The notes under the pieces were generated by a model that saw nothing but the letters and a program-made list of their open reading frames with translations, had not been told where the DNA came from and ran no database searches. Shown here piece after piece: positions 35,765-40,745 of a stretch of DNA of 40,745 bases. The position numbers and the translations under genes were made by a program. The first letter of the stretch is position 1; every line of letters starts with the position of its first letter. The stretch is taken from positions 1 through 40,745 of the forward strand of contig JAAUUE010000002.1 of assembly GCA_012031635.1 (NCBI GenBank), written 5' to 3'. Origin of the DNA: Coleofasciculaceae cyanobacterium SM2_1_6 (lineage in GTDB: Bacteria > Cyanobacteriota > Cyanobacteriia > Cyanobacteriales > JAAUUE01).

Positions 35765-37120
35765 CTAATTATTGGTATCAGTGAAGTTAATTTGATCGCT
35801 GAGTTGGCGGATGAGATTACCGATTTCTGGGTCGTTGTCCCGGAGTTGGGCGACTTTTTCGCAACTGTACATCACCGTCGTGTGATCTTTGCCCCCGAAC
35901 TCTTCCCCAATTCTTGGCAGACTGAGATCCGTGTGTTGCCGCATTAGGTACATGCCCACCTGCCTTGCCCAGCTAATTTCTCGACGGCGGGAGTGACTTT
36001 GGAGTTCTTCGAGGGAAATATTAAAAGTAGAAGTAATGGCTTTGATCACCGCTTCGGGGGAAGTCGCTACTCGATCGATGGACGGGTTAAGAATGGGTGT
36101 GATACTATCCACATTCATGGGCATTCCCGAAATTGAAACGTAGGCGACCGCCCGGATCAAGGCTCCTTCTAGCTCCCGGATATTAGAAGTGTAGTTGGTG
36201 GCGATGTATTCGATCACTTCCCGTGGCAGGCGCATATTTTCGTATTCAGCCTTTTTCTGGAGAATCGCCATGCGAGTTTCTAGGTCTGGAGCTTGAATAT
36301 CAGCAATCAGACCCATAGAAAACCGGGAACAGAGACGTTCTTGGAGGCGGGGGATGCGGCTGGGGGGGCGATCGCTGGCGAGGATGATTTGTTTACCAGC
36401 TTCATGGAGGGTATTAAAAGTATGAAAAAATTCTTCTTGGGTGTATTCTTTGCCCTCAATAAATTGAATATCATCCACCATAATTAGATCCGCCGCTCGG
36501 TAATGTTCCCGAAACTTCTGCATACTATCTTTACGAATGGCAGCAATTAAATCATTGGTAAACTGTTCTGTAGACACATAGAAAATCTTTGTATCGGGGG
36601 AAATTTGGAGCCGATAGTGACCGATCGCCTGCATCAGATGAGTCTTTCCCAAGCCCACGCCGCCACAGAGGAATAACGGGTTAAATTCCCGCCCCGGCGA
36701 CTCCGCTACCGCCAAGGAAGCCGCATGAGCCATGCGATTATTTGCCCCGACTACAAACCGAGAAAATACATACTTAGAATTTAACTTTGTAGCGGGGGAT
36801 AATTGTTGTTGGGGATGCTCTTCAATTACTGGGTTGGCAACTTGATTTAGCTCCAAAGATCCATCATTATCTGCTACCGTAAACCGAATTTCTAGGGATT
36901 TTCCCAAAACATCATACACCACGCCAGAAATGGTTTTTAAGTAATGCTTCTGTAGCCAATTTTTTGCAAAGGGATTGGGAGTCCGAATTACCAAACATTG
37001 GTCATCGAACCTTTCGGCACTAGCAGTCCTAATCCATGTTTCAAAAGTGGGTTGACTAAGTTGAAGTTGCAGGCGATCAGAGACTTGCTGCCACAACTGT
37101 TCTGGAGAGATATCGGTCAT
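35765..37120 (-). CDS. dnaA: chromosomal replication initiator protein DnaA
   Basis: The N-terminus LWQQV...L...LS.PTFETWI, the Walker [16 protein letters not shown], and the C-terminal DNA-binding region R..I...[21 protein letters not shown] are present. The ATG at 37120 gives the canonical start. Confidence 0.95.
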   Translation of the reverse strand: MTDISPEQLWQQVSDRLQLQLSQPTFETWIRTASAERFDDQCLVIRTPNPFAKNWLQKHYLKTISGVVYDVLGKSLEIRFTVADNDGSLELNQVANPVIEEHPQQQLSPATKLNSKYVFSRFVVGANNRMAHAASLAVAESPGREFNPLFLCGGVGLGKTHLMQAIGHYRLQISPDTKIFYVSTEQFTNDLIAAIRKDSMQKFREHYRAADLIMVDDIQFIEGKEYTQEEFFHTFNTLHEAGKQIILASDRPPSRIPRLQERLCSRFSMGLIADIQAPDLETRMAILQKKAEYENMRLPREVIEYIATNYTSNIRELEGALIRAVAYVSISGMPMNVDSITPILNPSIDRVATSPEAVIKAITSTFNISLEELQSHSRRREISWARQVGMYLMRQHTDLSLPRIGEEFGGKDHTTVMYSCEKVAQLRDNDPEIGNLIRQLSDQINFTDTNN

Positions 37121-37182
37121 TTTTCTGGCTAGGCGGATTCTGCTACAATAGGCTACTAAATATAGCACCTTTTTCTCTAAGG

Positions 37183-37710
37183 ATGTCCAAGATATCAGAA
37201 ATTATTCACCTCGGTAATCCTCTCCTCCGGGAAGTAGCGAAACCAATACAAAAGATAGAGGATCCCAGTCTGCAAAATCTCATCCAAGAGTTGATCAGCA
37301 CTACGATCGACCACAACGGTGTGGGTATTGCTGCCCCTCAAGTTGCCCAGTCTCTACAATTGATCATTGTTGCCTCCCACCCTACTCCCCGCTATCCCCA
37401 AGCCCCCCAGATGGAGCCGATCGCCATGATCAATCCCCGCATTGTTAACCACAGTGGCGAGCCAGAGAAGGGCTGGGAAGGATGCCTGAGCGTGCCGGGA
37501 ATTCGGGGATTGGTTCCTCGTTATCCGCAAATTGTAATTGAATATACAGATATTCATAATCAAGTTTGCTGCCAAGAATTAACTGGGTTTGTGGCGAGAA
37601 TTTTTCAACACGAGTATGATCATCTCCAAGGGATAGTTTTTCTCGATCGAGTGGAAAGCACCCAAGAAATGATTACAGAACAAGAATATCAGAAGTTATT
37701 TACTGAGTAA
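37183..37710 (+). CDS. def: peptide deformylase
   Basis: The motifs [17 protein letters not shown] and QHEYDHLQG are present. Confidence 0.9.
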   Translation: MSKISEIIHLGNPLLREVAKPIQKIEDPSLQNLIQELISTTIDHNGVGIAAPQVAQSLQLIIVASHPTPRYPQAPQMEPIAMINPRIVNHSGEPEKGWEGCLSVPGIRGLVPRYPQIVIEYTDIHNQVCCQELTGFVARIFQHEYDHLQGIVFLDRVESTQEMITEQEYQKLFTE

Positions 37711-37782
37711 TTCCCTCAAATCAAAATATAGCAATCCTTAATCTAGTAATGTACAGTTAATTGTAGAGGTATAAGAATTTTG

Positions 37783-37808
37783 TAGGGGTGCAAGGCTTTG
37801 CATCCTCA
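37783..37808. repeat. decayed copy of the ~28-bp palindromic dispersed repeat
   Basis: TAGGGGTGCAAGGCTTTGCATCCTC resembles the copy at 5573-5599. Confidence 0.5.
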
Positions 37809-37852
37809 AGGTATAAACATCTAGTTAAAAGTTTATTTATAGGGGGTAAGCA

Positions 37853-38329
37853 ATGAATTTTCAGCGTGAAACACCAGAGACAAATTCAGATACTCAGAAA
37901 GAAGCAAAAATGTTTCTTTTTCTACCCCCAACGTTTGACCAGAAACCTTTGGAAATATTGTACGGAACCGAAGGGTTTTTACGGCGGAAAATTGTGAAAA
38001 TAATTCATCCTTTTTTGTCTACAGAAGTAGCTGATGATTTTCAAGATACCTCTTGGTTAGCAGAAGAATCGCTGCAAGAGTTGGCAACAATTAATGTGGA
38101 AGAAATCAGCGATCGAGAACTCCAATCCTCCAGAATTCTGATTGGCTTAACTTTCGTGGGCATCAGTGCTTTATTAGTTAGTTTCCTCCTGCTCTACCTC
38201 AGCACCACCCATTCTGAGCTATCTCTCCAGCAACAAATTAGTTCCCATTGGTATCAATACATCTTTTCAGTTTGTCTAGGAGTAACAGGGATGTTACTCT
38301 TGGGTCGAGAAGCGATGCGTTTTCAGTGA
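37853..38329 (+). CDS. hypothetical membrane protein (two C-terminal TM helices)
   Basis: A 158-aa ORF with hydrophobic segments ILIGLTFVGISALLVSFLLLYL and YIFSVCLGVTGMLLLG. I recognise no domain, and the start is uncertain. Confidence 0.4.
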   Translation: MNFQRETPETNSDTQKEAKMFLFLPPTFDQKPLEILYGTEGFLRRKIVKIIHPFLSTEVADDFQDTSWLAEESLQELATINVEEISDRELQSSRILIGLTFVGISALLVSFLLLYLSTTHSELSLQQQISSHWYQYIFSVCLGVTGMLLLGREAMRFQ

Positions 38330-38425
38330 ACAGTTACTCGTACTGAGCGGAGTCGAAGTATCAGTGAACAGTGAACAGTTATCAATTACTTGTATTGAGC
38401 GGAGCCGAAATATCAATGATCACAG
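38326..38425. repeat. two tandem, diverged copies of a ~45-bp dispersed repeat (CAGTGAACAGTTA..T(C/T)GTA(C/T)TGAGCGGAG(T/C)CGAA(G/A)TATCA), with a CAGTGAA heptamer duplication
   Basis: Read directly. The GAGCGGAGCCGAA core is the same as in the kinase insertion at 8774-8910. Confidence 0.6.
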
Positions 38426-38432
38426 TAAATCT

Positions 38433-38885
38433 ATGGAAAGTAGTTTGTATGAGGCGGATTTTTATAGATGGACGATCGAGCAATCCCAGTTTTTACAGTT
38501 GGGGAAGTTTGATGCTTTAGATTTGGAAAACCTAGCAGAGGAGATCGCATCTTTGGGGAAGCAACAACGGCAGGAACTTAGAAACCGATTGGGAGTATTG
38601 ATTGGGCATTTACTAAAGTGGCAGTATCAACCAACCAGAAAGACTCGCAGTTGGCAGTTAACTATTGAATTACAAAGATCGGAAATTGAAGAACTATTGA
38701 TGGATAACCCTAGTTTAAAACCCTATTTAGTTGAGGTAATTCCCAAAGCCTTTAAGTTGGGATTATCTCTAGTATTTATGGAAACTCCCTTAAAAAAACG
38801 AGATATTCCTTCTAATTGTCCTTATACTTTAGAGCAAATTTTAGATGAGAATTTTCCTGATGATATTGATAGAGACTTTGATTAA
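38433..38885 (+). CDS. DUF29 protein, array copy 1 (subtype A)
   Basis: LYEADFYRWTIEQSQFLQLGKFD.LDLENLAEEIASLGKQQRQELRNRLGVLIGHLLKWQYQP fits DUF29. The ATG at 38433 gives the 150-aa size shared by the paralogs; the ORF-track start at 38364 would read through the repeat. Confidence 0.8.
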   Translation: MESSLYEADFYRWTIEQSQFLQLGKFDALDLENLAEEIASLGKQQRQELRNRLGVLIGHLLKWQYQPTRKTRSWQLTIELQRSEIEELLMDNPSLKPYLVEVIPKAFKLGLSLVFMETPLKKRDIPSNCPYTLEQILDENFPDDIDRDFD

Positions 38886-38911
38886 TCTAGTATTAACATA
38901 GAGTGTGAATT

Positions 38912-39364
38912 ATGACATCAAAACTATATGAAATAGATTTTCATGGGTGGACGATCGAGCAATCCCAGTTATTAGAATTGGGGAAGTTTGATGGGTTAGA
39001 TTTAAGCAACTTAGCTGAGGAGATCGCATCTTTGGGCAGACAGCAGCGACAAGAATTAGAGAACCGTTTGGCTATTTTATTGGGGCATTTTCTCAAGTGG
39101 ACTTTACAGCCAGAGCTACGAGGTAAAAGCTGGAAGTTGACAATTAAGGAGCAACGCAGACAAATTCAAAGATTGATCAAAGGCAATCCTAGCTTAAAGC
39201 CCTATTTATCAGAAGCAATTATTGAAGGTTATGCCTCAGCTTTAATTTTAGTTGCTCAAGAAACTCCTTTTAATTACCAAGATTTACCTCAAGAATGCTC
39301 TTTTAAGATTGATCAGATTTTTGATGAGAAGTTCCCTGACGGTATAGAAATAGAACCTTACTAA
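38912..39364 (+). CDS. DUF29 protein, array copy 2 (subtype B)
   Basis: LYEIDFHGWTIEQSQLLELGKFDGLDLSNLAEEIASLGRQQRQELENRLAILLGHFLKW..QPELRGKSW. Confidence 0.85.
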   Translation: MTSKLYEIDFHGWTIEQSQLLELGKFDGLDLSNLAEEIASLGRQQRQELENRLAILLGHFLKWTLQPELRGKSWKLTIKEQRRQIQRLIKGNPSLKPYLSEAIIEGYASALILVAQETPFNYQDLPQECSFKIDQIFDEKFPDGIEIEPY

Positions 39365-39399
39365 AACTTGAATAAGCCCTGAATAAAAAGTTATAAATT

Positions 39400-39852
39400 A
39401 TGACATCACAACTATACGAAACCGATTTTTATAGATGGACGATCGAGCAATCTCAGTTTTTACAATTGGGCAAGTTTGATAGGTTAGATTTAAGCAACTT
39501 AGCAGAGGAGATCGCATCTTTGGGGAAGCAACAACGGCAGGAACTTAGAAATCGATTAGGTGTATTGATTGGGCATTTACTGAAATGGCAATATCAGCCA
39601 GCAAAAAGAACCCGGAGTTGGCAGGTAACTATTAGTTTGCAACGGCGAGAAATTAGAGACATCTTAGCTGAAAATCCTAGTTTACAACCTTATTTAGATA
39701 CAGCGATTCAAGCAGGTTTTTCCCTAGGTATAGATTTAGTCTTAATAGAAACTCCCATTAAGAAAAAAGATTTACCTACAGAATGTATTTATACGGTGGA
39801 GCAAATTCTTGATAGTAATTTTCCTGATGGGATTGAAACAGAGTTTGATTAA
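39400..39852 (+). CDS. DUF29 protein, array copy 3 (subtype A)
   Basis: The N-terminal ~65 codons are nearly identical to copy 1 at the nucleotide level, while the C-terminal half has diverged. Confidence 0.85.
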   Translation: MTSQLYETDFYRWTIEQSQFLQLGKFDRLDLSNLAEEIASLGKQQRQELRNRLGVLIGHLLKWQYQPAKRTRSWQVTISLQRREIRDILAENPSLQPYLDTAIQAGFSLGIDLVLIETPIKKKDLPTECIYTVEQILDSNFPDGIETEFD

Positions 39853-39883
39853 GTTGATTAGGTTGATTAGATTGGGTTGAATT

Positions 39884-40333
39884 ATGGTATCAAAATTATA
39901 CGAAACCGATTTTTATAGATGGACGATCGAGCAGTCCCAGTTTTTACAATTGGGCAAATTTGATGATTTAGATTTAGAAAACCTAGCAGAGGAGATCGCA
40001 TCTTTGGGCAGACAAGAAAAGCAAGAATTAAGAAATCGATTAGGTATCTTAATTGGGCATCTACTTAAATGGCAGTATCAGCCCGAAAAGCGGAGTAAAA
40101 GTTGGCGAGTAACGATTAAAGAACAACGGCGAGAAATTCGGTTAATTATCGATGATAATCCTAGCCTGAAGCCCTACCTTGAAGAAGCAATTTTCCGGGG
40201 CTATGCCCAAGGGTTAGATTTAGTAGTGAAGGAAACGCCCCTAGATTATCGAGATTTACCTAAAGATTGTCCCCTTAGCGTAGAGCAGATTTTTGATCCT
40301 AACTTTCCGCCGGGACTAGAAACAGAATTTTAG
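39884..40333 (+). CDS. DUF29 protein, array copy 4 (subtype A)
   Basis: LYETDFYRWTIEQSQFLQLGKFDDLDLENLAEEIASLGRQEKQELRNRLGILIGHLLKWQYQPEKRSKSW. Confidence 0.85.
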   Translation: MVSKLYETDFYRWTIEQSQFLQLGKFDDLDLENLAEEIASLGRQEKQELRNRLGILIGHLLKWQYQPEKRSKSWRVTIKEQRREIRLIIDDNPSLKPYLEEAIFRGYAQGLDLVVKETPLDYRDLPKDCPLSVEQIFDPNFPPGLETEF

Positions 40334-40356
40334 AAATTCAGTAGGAGGGAAAAAGT

Positions 40357-40745
40357 ATGGATTTAAAATTATACGAAGCAGATTTTTATGGGTGGACGAT
40401 CGAGCAATCTCAGTTATTAGAATTAGGTAAATTTGATCAGTTAGATTTAAGCAACTTAGCGGAGGAGATCGCATCCTTGGGGAGTCAACAAAGAAATGAA
40501 TTGGAAAATCGCTTAGCTATTTTATTAGGGCATTTATTGAAATGGAATTATCAACCAGAATTACGGGGTAAAAGTTGGCGATCGACTATCCGTGAACAAC
40601 GGCGACAAATTCAAAGATTGATTACTAAAAATCCTAGTCTTAAGCCCTACCTGGCAGAGGCAATTACCGAAGGTTACGAATCAGCTTTAGATTTAGCAGT
40701 CCGGGAAACGCCCTTAGATTACCCAGATTTACCTCCTAGTTGTCC
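40357..40745 (+). CDS. DUF29 protein, array copy 5 (subtype B), 3'-partial at the window edge
   Basis: The ATG at 40357 follows GGAGGG. The translation is MDLKLYEADFYGWTIEQSQLLELGKFDQLDLSNLAEEIASLGSQQRNELENRLAILLGHLLKWNYQPELRGKSW..., and the frame stays open to the end of the window. Confidence 0.8.
   Translation, partial: MDLKLYEADFYGWTIEQSQLLELGKFDQLDLSNLAEEIASLGSQQRNELENRLAILLGHLLKWNYQPELRGKSWRSTIREQRRQIQRLITKNPSLKPYLAEAITEGYESALDLAVRETPLDYPDLPPSC

Noticed and set aside
34570-37182. Replication origin or DnaA-box cluster next to dnaA.
   Set aside because: I found only one weak box-like site (ATCCACA at about 34645-34651). There is no cluster of TTATCCACA/TTTTCCACA motifs in the flanking gaps and no adjacent dnaN. 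An oriC cannot be supported here.

Overview
The window looks like a cyanobacterial chromosome segment. Evidence: GCGATCGC (HIP1) and CGATCG sites are very dense, and psbU, a GUN4-domain gene, a pentapeptide-repeat gene and many DUF29 genes are present. All family names are from my memory of consensus motifs; no searches were run.

Core genes recognised:
- Replication, repair and translation: ruvX, dnaA, def, an ABC-F ATPase, tRNA-Cys(GCA), tRNA-Gly(UCC).
- Metabolism: pyk, lysC, purB, proC.
- Envelope, transport and photosynthesis: secA, psbU, an AEC transporter (5' partial), a LivK-type substrate-binding protein.
- Lipid and glycan genes: a DAGK-family lipid kinase, a PAP2 phosphatase, a GT2 glycosyltransferase.
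- Signalling: a membrane-anchored Ser/Thr kinase.

Accessory material lies between the core genes:
- A decayed IS630-family element with intact inverted repeats (1.4-2.4 kb).
- Many toxin-antitoxin-like pairs, several with the toxin truncated and the antitoxin intact.
- MITE-like palindromic elements.
- A tandem array of at least 5 DUF29 paralogs (38.4-40.7 kb, running off the window).

The most unusual region is a roughly 5.8 kb island (20.4-26.3 kb) between the ABC-F gene and the hydrolase/secA genes. It is built of small gene modules: three 'small protein + retropepsin-like aspartic protease' pairs, an HNH endonuclease, higBA and a Uma2 nuclease. The modules are separated by co-oriented junction repeats. 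These include two 87-bp imperfect palindromes with integron attC-like outer boxes (RYYYAAC...GTTRRRY) and bulged bases that bracket the HNH gene, and a conserved ~92-bp repeat in four copies. No integrase gene is in the window, so an integron-like cassette array is only a hypothesis.

Several highly conserved genes (lysC twice, psbU, the HNH gene, tRNA-Cys) carry apparent single-base deletions, mostly in short homopolymers. This suggests assembly indel errors, so frameshift-based pseudogene calls should be treated with caution.
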